Assembly (NCBI GenBank): GCA_963833425.1
Contig: CAWHXP010000003.1
Location: 416,001-480,000, forward strand
Direction of reading: 5' to 3'
Length of the DNA: 64,000 nucleotides
From: an uncultured Methanosarcinaceae archaeon
GTDB lineage: Archaea; Halobacteriota; Methanosarcinia; Methanosarcinales; Methanosarcinaceae
Within the stretch, counting starts at the first letter, position 1, and each line of letters opens with the position of its first letter. The position numbers and the translations under genes are program-made. Below the pieces are notes generated by a model. It did no database searches. It was given only the letters and a program-made list of their open reading frames with translations, and had not been told where the DNA came from. Positions 33,976-45,154 of the stretch are shown here, in pieces.

Positions 33976-34593
33976 TTAGAGATTGCCTGAAGCAACCACA
34001 TTACCACCAACGGTTAGTGATTCCCCTGCTGTTGCTGTACCAACAACAGGTTGGACTAACACGTGGAAGATAACATTTTGGTTCGCTACGACAATGTTTG
34101 TCCCAGTAGCACCCGTCTTTAACAGATCTGCGGTGAAAAAGTTAGTAGTATATGATGGTGTTTGACCTGGAGTGTATGGATTAACATTGCCGCTACTATC
34201 GAGTAAATAGACTGTATTTCCTTCACCTGGGTTATCAGGGGTAGGGTTGAGTCCTACTGTTGAAGGTCCTACCTCGATCCAAGGGCAAATGCTAAAATCT
34301 GTTTGTGCGCCACCAACTGAGGGAACTGCTGTCAATGAACTGAGAATCAAATCGGCTGGAACTTGGAAATCATTGCCTGCTAGCATACTGTAACTCATGT
34401 CAACAGCTGCTGCTCCCCCATTAACTGGAGTGATCTCGCTAACGTAAGTTAGACCAACCGTTGCTGCATAGTCTTCGAGTGACAAGGTCAGTGGTGGAGT
34501 TGTAAGCGGCTGCGCTACAGCGGCGGATCCTATCATGCAAGTTACAAAAAAAGTGGCTAACAATGCAAAAATTATTCTTTTAGATTTGGTCAT
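33976..34593 (-). CDS. Secreted 205-aa beta-rich protein, candidate fibre/pilin-like subunit
   Basis: Sec signal peptide; rich in T/V/G/N/P; C-terminal beta pattern IFHVLVQP..GESLTVGGNVVA; N-terminus similar to that of the PKD protein at 30913. Confidence 0.8.
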   Translation of the reverse strand: MTKSKRIIFALLATFFVTCMIGSAAVAQPLTTPPLTLSLEDYAATVGLTYVSEITPVNGGAAAVDMSYSMLAGNDFQVPADLILSSLTAVPSVGGAQTDFSICPWIEVGPSTVGLNPTPDNPGEGNTVYLLDSSGNVNPYTPGQTPSYTTNFFTADLLKTGATGTNIVVANQNVIFHVLVQPVVGTATAGESLTVGGNVVASGNL

Positions 34594-35139
34594 TTATTTT
34601 ATACCCCCTTAAATTATGCAAATTTATCTATTTTTTGTATTTATTTTTTGTATTTATTTATTTTGTATTACTTCTGCAGAAGATATCCTTGAAATCCTTT
34701 TTATTGAATTCTGGATTCCATATTTAACATCAATATAATGGAATATAATATATAAGGAAGCAAATTTTAGGAGCAATAATTTTTGTAAAAATTAAATTAG
34801 GAAAACATGATCTGTTACAAAACATATCAATAATTTATTTTTAGTCATTAATATCTGAATTCGCATCATGAAGCTGAAAATGAAAAAATTGACATATGAT
34901 AAAATAAAAAGAGGCCATAATTTTATAATTTTTGGAAATAATTATGCTGGCGTTTTGATGTAATCTTTATAAAGTCCAAATTTTGCTATTGATAGCTTTT
35001 TAAATCATTTTAGAGGACAAAGATTACAGTATCTTCTGATAATCCCATGTCTTCAAAAATAATTTAACCATTAAGTTCGTTAGAACGTCTTCATCCACGA
35101 GAGCGTGGATAGACCATATTAAGGAGAACAGTACCTTTT

Positions 35140-35800
35140 ACCATGATGTTCAGATACATAAGAGTCCAGAATGATCTTTTATTGTCTATCTTAACATTAT
35201 TTAAACGGGAGAAAAGTTCGGATGCAGCTTTATAGTCTTTAAAGTCTATCATTTTGAGTCATCCATAATTTCACCGTCAACCTGTGTGGCCATTGTCAAG
35301 GCTTGTTCCACATTGACAAGTAGCGCAATTTAAGATAAATAATTCAACCGAAGTTGCTCAGTTGTGAAATAGTCACCGAACTACATTAGCCCAAATATTT
35401 GGTGGTAGTGCAGTTGCAATTGGAATTTTTTTTGCTTGGAAAAATCTCAAAGTTGCTCAAAAAGGCCAGATAACTGAACGTTTCACTAAAGCGGTTGATC
35501 AGTTAGGAAGTCGAAAAATAGAGATAAGATTGAGTGGTATCTACTCTCTTGAAAGATTTGACAATCTAAATAACAGTCATAACTTACTCCATTATTGGTC
35601 AACATCTATGGATATTCAACCTAATGAGATCAAGAAAAAAGAAGCTCTAAAAGTAAGAGATGCAACTTTAGACATTCAAGCAATTCTCACTGTCATTGGA
35701 AGACGCACGTACTCTTTCAAGTCTGGAATCATCTTCAAAGAAACTGTAACACATAATTTCATGCTAAAGTTTTCCAGAGCCAATTTGCAGATAAATGTAA
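35140..35800 (+). pseudogene. Decayed pentapeptide-repeat-protein gene (N-terminal domain)
   Basis: RTTLAQIFGGSAVAIGIFFAWKNLKVAQKGQITERFTKAVDQLG..IEIRLSGIYSLERF and DIQAILTVIGRR; repeats largely lost. Confidence 0.7.
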
Positions 35801-35918
35801 ATATAGGCAGGTATCTTAATATCCACATGTTTCACACGAAATGGTTTGCAAAACGGCTTTTTTCAAAAGGGATGCGAATATTTATATGTGAAAGCAAATC
35901 CGTTACAATAGATTTTGA

Positions 35919-36473
<555 letters not shown>

Positions 36474-36508
36474 CCAGTTAAACTGTCAACATCAAAAGGA
36501 GCATATTA

Positions 36509-37117
36509 ATGTACGATTACGAAGAGCTTTTGAACCGTGCAATTGCAAAAATGCCTGATATTAAGACTACAGATGCTCGATTCGTAATCCCCGAGCCCAA
36601 AGTATTTTCAGAGGGGAAGACCACGATTCTGGATAACTTCGGAAATATTGCAGATATCCTTAACCGGGACACTGATCACCTGATGAAATATCTCACCAGG
36701 GAGCTGGGGACTGCAGGTAAGATTGAAGGCACACGTGCAGTCTTTCAGGGGAGGTTTACGAGAGGTCAGATTGCTGATAACATACATGCTTATGTGGATG
36801 AGTATGTCATGTGTTCGGAATGCGAACGCCCCGATACCCAACTTGTTAGGGTAGAGAGAGTGCTTGTCTTGAAATGTTCTGCTTGTGGAGCTCACAGACC
36901 TGTCAAAAAGAGAAAGGTAAGCAATGTGGTTGTCAGGGATGCTATCGAAGAAGGCGGAATCTATGAACTTCGGATTGATGCAGTTGGATCCAAAGGTGAC
37001 GGAATCGCAAAAATAGATAAATACACTGTTTTCGTGCCTGGGGCCGCAAAAGGCGACGTCGTCAAGGTAAAAATAAAGAAGATTAGTGGAAATCTTGCCT
37101 TTTCAGAGAAAGTTTGA
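36509..37117 (+). CDS. eif2b: Translation initiation factor 2 beta with C-terminal TRAM domain
   Basis: [17 protein letters not shown] and CSACGA zinc ribbon; [17 protein letters not shown]. Confidence 0.95.
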   Translation: MYDYEELLNRAIAKMPDIKTTDARFVIPEPKVFSEGKTTILDNFGNIADILNRDTDHLMKYLTRELGTAGKIEGTRAVFQGRFTRGQIADNIHAYVDEYVMCSECERPDTQLVRVERVLVLKCSACGAHRPVKKRKVSNVVVRDAIEEGGIYELRIDAVGSKGDGIAKIDKYTVFVPGAAKGDVVKVKIKKISGNLAFSEKV

Positions 37118-37348
37118 GGTTTAAGCTTTTTAAACATGATTAGAGAAATCCAGGCGGACTACTTTTGTAATCATTTCTCGTGCCTGGATAACTTAAGTCT
37201 TCATTTTCAGGCTTCAGACTCTCATACCATACACATCCAGTTTTGAAATTCTAAAATAATGTTCAGCTGATTTTTTAATCATAAATCTTCTGGAGTTCAG
37301 CTAGAAAATGAAAGGCTATTACGGATATCAGCAGTAAATCAGGAATTT

Positions 37349-38587
37349 GTGAGAAAAAAAATGACTTCTGCTAAAAAGGATATCTCAGACTTCCCATTGA
37401 AGAGTATTCCATTAGATGAAAGAAATATAAAAATTTTCTCCGTTGCAGGACTATCTGTAAACCTCCAGCATGTTGGAAATACCCTGGAACTTACAGCAAC
37501 CGGAACCCTGAAAGGAGTTTGTAACCCTATCTTGAAGAAGATCAATTCTCGCCTGCAGGAGGAAAAACTAGCCCTTGTACAGGAAGACAGGGTAATTGCT
37601 TCGGCTTGGCTTCCACCAATACCGAGTTCTGTGTTCAAACATCTCATTCTTGCAGAAATGCAAATAGCCTTAGGGATATATATCCCAGAAACTATATCAA
37701 TTGAACTTACATGCCAGAATAGTTATAGATATTCGCCTAAAACAGTATCAGAGGAGATGGATAAAGGTACTATTAAGAGGGTCATTAACGAAGCTCTCGA
37801 ACTTGGTACTTTTATTATTACATTTACAGAGAATGATCCTCTCCTGCGGGAAGATATATTTGAATTTATTAAATATGTGGATAAAAAACGTGCTATAGTG
37901 AACTGTTCAACATGGGGTACTGATTTTTCAAAAGAAATCGCCTGCCGTTTGAAAGAAGAAGAGCTTCATTCCATTATGGTGGCCATTTACTCAACTAATC
38001 CTCAAAAACACGATGAGATACGGAAATCTGAAGGAGCGTATGAAAGAGCAACGTCTGCCATAAAAATGGCACTTGAAGCTGGACTCATGGTCGTAATGAC
38101 AACGCACGCATCTCCTTCAAACATATACGAACTTCCTGCTCTATATGACCTTGCAACGGAGTTGGGGGTGCATGAATTCTCAGTCTGGGAAGCAATGCCA
38201 AAAACCAGGGCCGAACCTGTACTCACTGAAGAGAACCGTAAGTACATACTAGAAATGTACCACAGGATAAATTCCAGTCGTGAAGGCCTTCGAATGTTTT
38301 CAAACACTTATTTTGAAGGGCAAATGCTGGGTGCTATGGCAGGCAGGCGCTGGATGCATATAACAGCATATGGAGACGCAAAGCCCAGTCCGTATCTCCC
38401 TTTCAGTTTTGGGAATGTAAAAGAAGAACCCTTGAAAGAAATCTGGCAGAAAATCAGGAGTTACCCCTATTTCCAGAGGCAGAAAAACTTGACTCCTATG
38501 CATGACCCCGAGTTTATGGAACTCGTTGATAGAATTCCTGCAGAAGCAAAATTGCCCTATCCTTTTGAAAAGGTTTATAGAAGATAA
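37349..38587 (+). CDS. Radical SAM/SPASM-fold protein lacking CxxxCxxC
   Basis: ITFTENDPLLRED, STNPQKHDEIR..GAYERA and SFGNVKEEPLKEIW; the cluster motif position reads ELTCQNSYRY. Likely ATG at 37361. Confidence 0.8.
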   Translation: MRKKMTSAKKDISDFPLKSIPLDERNIKIFSVAGLSVNLQHVGNTLELTATGTLKGVCNPILKKINSRLQEEKLALVQEDRVIASAWLPPIPSSVFKHLILAEMQIALGIYIPETISIELTCQNSYRYSPKTVSEEMDKGTIKRVINEALELGTFIITFTENDPLLREDIFEFIKYVDKKRAIVNCSTWGTDFSKEIACRLKEEELHSIMVAIYSTNPQKHDEIRKSEGAYERATSAIKMALEAGLMVVMTTHASPSNIYELPALYDLATELGVHEFSVWEAMPKTRAEPVLTEENRKYILEMYHRINSSREGLRMFSNTYFEGQMLGAMAGRRWMHITAYGDAKPSPYLPFSFGNVKEEPLKEIWQKIRSYPYFQRQKNLTPMHDPEFMELVDRIPAEAKLPYPFEKVYRR

Positions 38588-38739
38588 TCTCAAGATAATT
38601 AGCTCGCAGAATATTTTTTGAGCTTTTTTTCTATTATATTTTAGATTTCACTCAACATAAAAGTAAGTGGCTAAAATGGTTTCTCACATAATCTTTCCAT
38701 TGTCTTTTGCCATAATTGTGATTATTTCACTAATTATTT

Positions 38740-38970
38740 TTGTACTATTATCGATCGAAAAGATCTAAGTCTTAAAATTTGTCTTTTTGTGAGTCTTTAC
38801 CTTTGGTATTCTGTTTCATCTAAGTATACATGGCCATTTGTAATCAGATGCCATTTAATTGTTGCAATTTTTCTTGCTAGACCAATAACTGTTTTTGAAT
38901 GTCCAGTTGAATTCTTCTTCCACTTTAAAAACTGTCTTAACGTGCTATTTTTCTTTAATGCTAATTCATG
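38740..38970 (-). mobile_element. IS110-family transposase C-terminal remnant
   Basis: KKNSTLRQF...GHSKTVIGLARKIATIKWHLITN..Y.DE. Confidence 0.65.
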
Positions 38971-39842
38971 AGCAAACTGTATTCAGCCAATTTTCTGTGT
39001 TTTATAATCTTTTTGCGATTTTGCCATTTTAGAATTTATTCAGTGATTGTTATCACATTATGGACTATTCTAAGTTATGAAGAAAGATTGTCCTTGAAGA
39101 AAAGTCCTCGAAATTGTCTATTTATGCTATCAGAGTTATTGCATCAATTTATTCAATACCCGAAACCGACATTAAAGTACTCATTCCCAATTAATGTTTC
39201 ACATAGGAATAATTGGAAATTTATTTATCTAAAATTTTATTTCATCGGCAAGATGTTTTACGATGTCCAGAAATTTCTGAAGCTTAACTACAGTGCTAGA
39301 GATGTTTCGATGCCCAGAATCCCTTTTATCTGAAAACGAATGTATATACGAGATACACTATAGTTTTTGGGAAGAATCTGATGGCTGAATCATTTTATTA
39401 AGTGCAAGTTGTGCAGTTATTTATGAATCTATCTTACCTGTCTTTTATGTGTAAATGGCCTCATACCTCGTGAAACTCCAACCATAAAATGATATGCTTT
39501 CGCAAAGAATTATATGCAGTAACATAAGAGTCGTGTGTTGATTCATATACAGAAAAAATTTTCAGAAATAACTCTAAACTTTAAAGAACTAAAATTCCAT
39601 CATCATTTCTGGTTAAATATTGCTACTGTTTTTCATCGGTTATAATGAAGATATCAAAAATGAAAAAAAAGTTTGTGAGTATCTAAATAATAATTTTTGT
39701 TTATCATTTCTACTAACTTAAATCACCATTTCATTAGGTAGTATAATTGCCTAAATGATTCATATAAAATTCTTGATCAACGTCACAGTTGAGATTTCGA
39801 TGGCAATTAGCTGATTAGTACTACAACATATTTTAAAAACTA

Positions 39843-39933
39843 GAGATTATTTTTGATGATCCATAAATTAAATCCTATCCGTATATATTAGTATATAAAG
39901 ACTCGTGAAAATTAGAGTTTTATTGAAATTCTC
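39843..39933 (-). mobile_element. MITE copy, degenerate
   Basis: gactcgtgaaaattagagttttattgaaattctc matches the family end. Confidence 0.55.
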
Positions 39934-40471
39934 AAAAATTAATATAACCTTAATTACCGAGGTAGTTATACTATCAACAGTCAAAAAACATAAGGTAAAA
40001 ATTACTTTAACTTGTTTATATATTTAATGTTGGTTTTCTAAAAAATAGAGTAACGCATTAACCGTATAAATTTCTTCTAAAATCACTTTTAACTTCTTTC
40101 GAGAGCATTGTATATCCGCTTATGAAAGCGAAAAAAGTAAAATATCTAATACACTTATTAGAAAATATTAAATTATTGACTCAAAATGGAAATCAGAGGA
40201 TTTGCTGACATTTGGATTTTTTTAAACATCATCAGTATATAAATGAACGACAAAAAATTACTTGCCCACCATTTAGTATCTTGACGAACTAAAAGCGTAG
40301 TAAATGGCATCACGTTGAAGACCATGAACCTACTGACATAAAAATAGATAAATGTTATAGATATGGGAAAAAAAGTTCTAAACCTTGTCTGCAAGCGAGA
40401 AAATTTATAATAACGATCTACAGTGAAAAAAGTATAATTAAGAATGCAAAGCACCCTTATTTTTAAACAAA

Positions 40472-40684
40472 TTACCCCCCTGTTACAACTTTCAGGATTG
40501 TTATCTCGTTGGAACTTATGGTCCCATCAAGGGGAACTGCATTACCTCCATTTAACACAAGTACAGTTTCCTGATTTATTTTCAATCGATCGAGCAGATC
40601 TTCGTATGTAGCATTTTCATCAATTTCTACAATCTGCTCTGAAATATCTCCAGCCTGGATTTTTATGTGTACCTTTTTACTCAC
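40472..40684 (-). CDS. Ubiquitin-like SAMP (MoaD/ThiS family)
   Basis: 70 aa, beta-grasp pattern, C-terminal VTGG. Confidence 0.88.
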   Translation of the reverse strand: MSKKVHIKIQAGDISEQIVEIDENATYEDLLDRLKINQETVLVLNGGNAVPLDGTISSNEITILKVVTGG

Positions 40685-41225
40685 TTAATAGATCCACCGC
40701 CGCTTACCTGAATTTCATCTACGATTTCTTTTATTAACTTCTGCTCCAGTTCATATTCTTTTTTGATACCTTTCCGTTCTGCATCTCGTTTCTGGAACTT
40801 TCCGGACATTTTTAGCTCTCCTATAACTTTTCAGGTCTGCAACATAGTTGGTATAGATCTCGTCAATCAGACTTTTTGGCTCTTTGAGATATATATCCAA
40901 CTAATATGACGATTTAATGTTTTAATTAATTTTTGGTTAACTATCTGATAGTTAACAAATCTGATCCCACGGTCCCTTAACCACTATTAGCCAAAACTTA
41001 AATAAAAAAGATGTGTTAACAATGAGCATGTTCTTGTTTAAAGAGTTAACGAATGAAATTCTAACATTGCAATAATAAAATGAAACTAGATTAAATTTAT
41101 CCAGGCAGTAACGTATTTGTAGTGAACTGGATTACAGTATAAAAATATGTGTTAATAAATACATAAGTTTTGAATAAATAGTTTAAAAAAATGAAGAATA
41201 AAAAGTCTAAAAATGACCTTTTGTA

Positions 41226-41297
41226 TACATCAGCCGGGATTCGAACCCGGGTTCGAGCGTTGGCAACGCCCGGTGATGACCGCTACACTACTGATGT
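41226..41297 (-). tRNA. tRNA-Gly(GCC)
   Basis: ACATCAG/CTGATGT acceptor stem, TTGCCAA anticodon loop, GGTTCGAATCC T-arm. Confidence 0.95.
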
Positions 41298-41301
41298 GAT
41301 G

Positions 41302-41376
41302 TGGTGCCCAGACCCGGATTCGAACCGGGGGCAACTGCCTCTTCAGGGCAGCGCTCTCCCACTGAGCTACCTGGGC
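41302..41376 (-). tRNA. tRNA-Phe(GAA), CCA encoded
   Basis: GCCCAGG...CTGCC CTGAAGA GGCAG...GGTTCGAATCC...ACCA. Confidence 0.96.
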
Positions 41377-41473
41377 AAACAGATAAACTTAACTACATAT
41401 ATTCTACTACATAAAACGATTGGGTTCTCAACTTCATGTAAAAGATCCTATGTAAAATATCCAAACGTTTCAG

Positions 41474-41547
41474 TGGGCCCGCTGAGATTCGAACTCAGGA
41501 CCTCCGCCATGTCAAGGCGACGTCATAACCGTCTAGACCACGAGCCC
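41474..41547 (-). tRNA. tRNA-Val(GAC)
   Basis: GGGCTCG...TCGCC TTGACAT GGCGG...GAGTTCGAATCTC. Confidence 0.95.
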
Positions 41548-42109
41548 GTGATGTGAGATTTTTGTTTATTGCACCAAAGTACAACTGCATAGAAACATCA
41601 TCGTTTATATAAGTTTTGGGTGGTTCAACGTTGTTATGCACGAATAAACTTTCAAAAGGGTAAAATAGTTGTATCTTTTGGGATCGATTTTCCATTCGGG
41701 TTTCAAATGACGAATATTTCAATTAGAATTTTTGTCATTTAATTAAATGTCTAAAAAATTCTTCATTTTTCCGTGCAGTTTTTGTAATTATATTTATCAC
41801 AGAAATTATTTACATTTGCAAAAGCAAATTTGTAGAATTCTTAGTTACCTTTGAGTGTTTTATTTTGGTAGTGTCGCAAATTTGCTGTAAATTCAAAAGC
41901 AAATTTTTGTGTATTGGTGTAATCTGATTCTTCGATGTGAAAATTAATTCCTCAAAAAAAATTTGAGCAAAATTTTGATAAACTACCTATTTTAACAAAT
42001 TGATTATATATATAATTGTTTATATATACGTCGTAATCAAACAACTAAAAATTGCTGCTTATCAAAATCCTGTGAGATTTGCGATTTTATATAAAATAAT
42101 GCATCTTGC

Positions 42110-42725
42110 TTTCATTTTAATATGTACATATCGGTAAAGACAATAAAACAAAGAAAGGCCATTTCCTTGATATTCTTGATGAAACCAAAAAATGTGGATT
42201 TAAACCGAAAATTCATTATTTTTGATTCGTGGTACGCAAGATAAGAACATTTGAAGCTATCAGGGAAAAACATTGACATTTCCGACAAGATTGAAATCAA
42301 ATCTTTTGGTGAATTCTGATAAGAAAAGAAATATGCTGTTTTAAACAGCCTAAATCCCTTTCACGAAAAAAAAATGGTGGTTCATCTGAAAGCATATGGA
42401 TTTGTGAAAGTATTTAAGACATATCAAAGAACGAAGACATGCAATACTAGTTTACAGATATGCTTGATAAAGAGGAATCAAGGGGTGAAGATCTTTAGCA
42501 AGTCATGAAAATTGACGAATATCGTGGAGGAATAAAGCATTCTGAGTTTATCGAAGAGTATCAATTCTGAATAAAAAAGTCACATAGAGCACATATAATG
42601 TACTAAGTGGGAGTTTTTCTGCGGCTGGAGTTATATAAAAATCAGAAACGTCTTTATTGATTTTGAGAGCAACACAAAACTCACAGTGTGATAGCAAAGG
42701 ATATATGAGCCAACTAAAATACAAT
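42110..42725 (+). mobile_element. IS701-family transposase remnant
   Basis: GFKPKFIIFDSWYA, MVVHLKAYGFVKVFK and a decayed WKIDEYRGGIK. Confidence 0.75.
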
Positions 42726-42727
42726 TC

Positions 42728-42822
42728 AAAAATATTTTGATAAATCTCAAAATTTTGTCATATGCTCATAGAATGGTGCATAAATTATTTGTAAGAAATC
42801 AGATATTTATCGATATATTTTT
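42728..42822 (-). mobile_element. MITE copy, degenerate
   Basis: ttttgataaatctcaaaattttgtcatatgctcatagaatggtgcat...aaatcagatatttatcgat. Confidence 0.55.
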
Positions 42823-43251
42823 AAATATATAACAATATAGAATAAGTTTATGAAAACAATGTTTAGATCCTACTACTGCAGAAGTACTAATTATTTTAAA
42901 TCGTCTCACTTTTGATTTAGTTTCCTCAGCTAATAGTCCTTAATCACAATCTATTTAAACTGACGTACTTTGAATAAAAAATTAATGGCATTAATCCGTT
43001 AATTGCCCGAAATATAATTTTGAACTATAGTGCTTTTTATACTTAATTCTGTATTTTAAGCTTCGTAAGTCCTATATGCGTTAAATTATCAATTCGGGAT
43101 CTAACAGGTTGATCTGAGAACTCGATGACATTAAACCTTAATTATATACAAATTAAATTTGATTATTAAGTCTAATGAGCTAGATTTTGTGCTCCAAGTG
43201 CGTAGGTCCTAAATTAGTTAGTTATATGTTAGAAGTTTCTGTTTACGGACT

Positions 43252-44874
43252 TTGGGTCGGTGGATAATGAAAGTGAAAGCAAATTTTATCAACTCTGCAA
43301 TCTGTGTATTAATAACGGTACTACTGATTCTTGGAATGATAACAGGTATCGTATACGCTTTAGATGGACAGTTGGGATATGGTGGATATTCAGGCAGAGT
43401 ATATTCAGACAATGGGTATTCAGGCAGAGTATTTTCAGACAACGGGTATTCAGGCAGAGTATACGCAGACAACGCTCAGGACAGAGGATATTCAGACAAT
43501 GGATCTTCAGACAGGGTATACTCAGACAAAGGTTATTTAGACACAGGATCTTCAGACAACGGGTTTCCAGACAGGGTATACGCAGACAAAGGTTATTTAG
43601 ACACAAGGTCTTCAGACAACGGGTCTCCAGACAGGGTATACTCAGACAAAGGTTATTTAGACACAAGGTCTTCAGAAAACGGGTCTCCAGATAGAGTATA
43701 CTCAGACAAAGGTTCTTTAGATACAGATTTTTTAGACACAGGATCTTCATACAACGGGTCTCAAGATAGAGGATATTCAGACAAAGCGCACTCAGATAAA
43801 TATTTTTTAGATACAAAGTACCCAGACAGAGGATATTCAAACAGAAGATATTCAGACAGAGGATATTCAGACAGAGGGTACACAAACAACAGATATTTGG
43901 ACAAAAAAAATACAACTGCTGGAAATTCACAGATTATAAATTCAAGTAATATATCTTTAAATACTGAAAATTCAAGCAACTGGGATTCAAACATCTTTAA
44001 TTTAAGTACTAATAATCTAAGAACAGGTAATCAGAGTGCGGTAAATCCAAGTATTAGAAACTCACAAACTACAAATCCAAGTAAAGGTTATTCAAATATC
44101 TTAAATTCGAGCTATAGAGACGACTGGGAGGGTGTGGGTTTCAGATACTCTAGTAGTTCAGGGATGAGCCTTGTTTCCAGAGAGCCAGAAGGCAATGTTG
44201 CTGCAAAGGAATTAGCCGCCAAGAATGTTACAAGCGGTAATCATACAATATATAGTTTCCCTGGAAGCCGTACATGCATTATATTTGTCGAATATGACAC
44301 AGAAAGAATACCTATCAAAGCGACAACAACGGTGGAAGAACTCAAGAGCAAATCCGTCTTTATTCCAAAACTTCCTGTCGGGAGAATATATAAACATGTA
44401 AATATATGGATAGGCAATGAAGGGGGAGACCTCCCTATATCTCTCAAAAACGGGTTAATAGGATTCAGAGTCGAAAAAGCATGGATTCACGATAAAAAAG
44501 GCAAAGAATCATTGATAGTCCTCCAAAGGTATAATAAAAGTTGGGAACCTCTATACACTGAAAAGATTGGAGAAGATAATGTTTATACATATTTTAGATC
44601 CAAAACACCTGGATTTTCCTCCTTTGTAGTAACTGAGTATACAGGAGAAGTAACACAAAATGGAGCTCAAGCTGAATCAAAATTAAAGGATACTTCAAGG
44701 AGTCGGGGAAAAGCCGGAAAAGTAGCAATAAAAGGAAGTTCAAATAATAATAATAATAACAATAATAACAATAATAATCGAGCAAAACAAGCAAAAGACG
44801 CAGCTAAAATATTAATGGCGATATCCTTGCCTCTGATCCTAGCAGGATATTTTGTTTTTAGGAAAAGACTTTGA
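43252..44874 (+). CDS. Surface protein: signal peptide, Tyr-Ser-Asp repeat tract, PGF-pre-PGF domain, poly-Asn, C-terminal TM anchor
   Basis: EPEGNVAAKELA, TTVEELKSKS, IYKHVNIWIG, FRVEKAW and KTPGFSSF; TM plus RKRL tail. Confidence 0.85.
   Translation: MGRWIMKVKANFINSAICVLITVLLILGMITGIVYALDGQLGYGGYSGRVYSDNGYSGRVFSDNGYSGRVYADNAQDRGYSDNGSSDRVYSDKGYLDTGSSDNGFPDRVYADKGYLDTRSSDNGSPDRVYSDKGYLDTRSSENGSPDRVYSDKGSLDTDFLDTGSSYNGSQDRGYSDKAHSDKYFLDTKYPDRGYSNRRYSDRGYSDRGYTNNRYLDKKNTTAGNSQIINSSNISLNTENSSNWDSNIFNLSTNNLRTGNQSAVNPSIRNSQTTNPSKGYSNILNSSYRDDWEGVGFRYSSSSGMSLVSREPEGNVAAKELAAKNVTSGNHTIYSFPGSRTCIIFVEYDTERIPIKATTTVEELKSKSVFIPKLPVGRIYKHVNIWIGNEGGDLPISLKNGLIGFRVEKAWIHDKKGKESLIVLQRYNKSWEPLYTEKIGEDNVYTYFRSKTPGFSSFVVTEYTGEVTQNGAQAESKLKDTSRSRGKAGKVAIKGSSNNNNNNNNNNNNRAKQAKDAAKILMAISLPLILAGYFVFRKRL
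43375..43905 (+). repeat. Coding tandem repeat with 15/30/60-nt hierarchy
   Basis: Units GYSGRVYSDN and RVYSDKGYLDT(G/R)SSDNG(F/S)PD; tcagaca recurs at multiples of 15 nt. Confidence 0.9.
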
Positions 44875-45154
44875 AAAATTTTATTTTCTTTCATCAATTA
44901 TGGCACAAATATGGATGCATAAATAAAAACTTGTACCTTTATGCTTGGCATCGTCAGGCATATAATATTTTGTCAAAATTTGCAGGGTACATATATATCT
45001 ACAAATAGTTATATATATATTCTCTTTTGTAAATTATCCTTATTTTTCCCCGCAATCTAAAATCGATAGTCAGAAGTTAACCCAATATCATGCTATGAAG
45101 ATCCAATTAGTCACATATTCTTCGAGAGCTCCGGTTATTTTGCGAGTTTCCGAT

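Noticed and set aside
38970..39620. Possible decayed gene
   Set aside because: No frame gave a recognisable motif.
41191..41556. 121-aa ORF over the tRNA cluster, and 53583-53792
   Set aside because: Antisense to tRNA genes.
43289..43930. Antisense Cys/Leu-repeat ORF (LCLNI...) and the alternate-frame RQ-repeat ORF
   Set aside because: Shadows of the coding tandem repeat in the PGF-pre-PGF gene.
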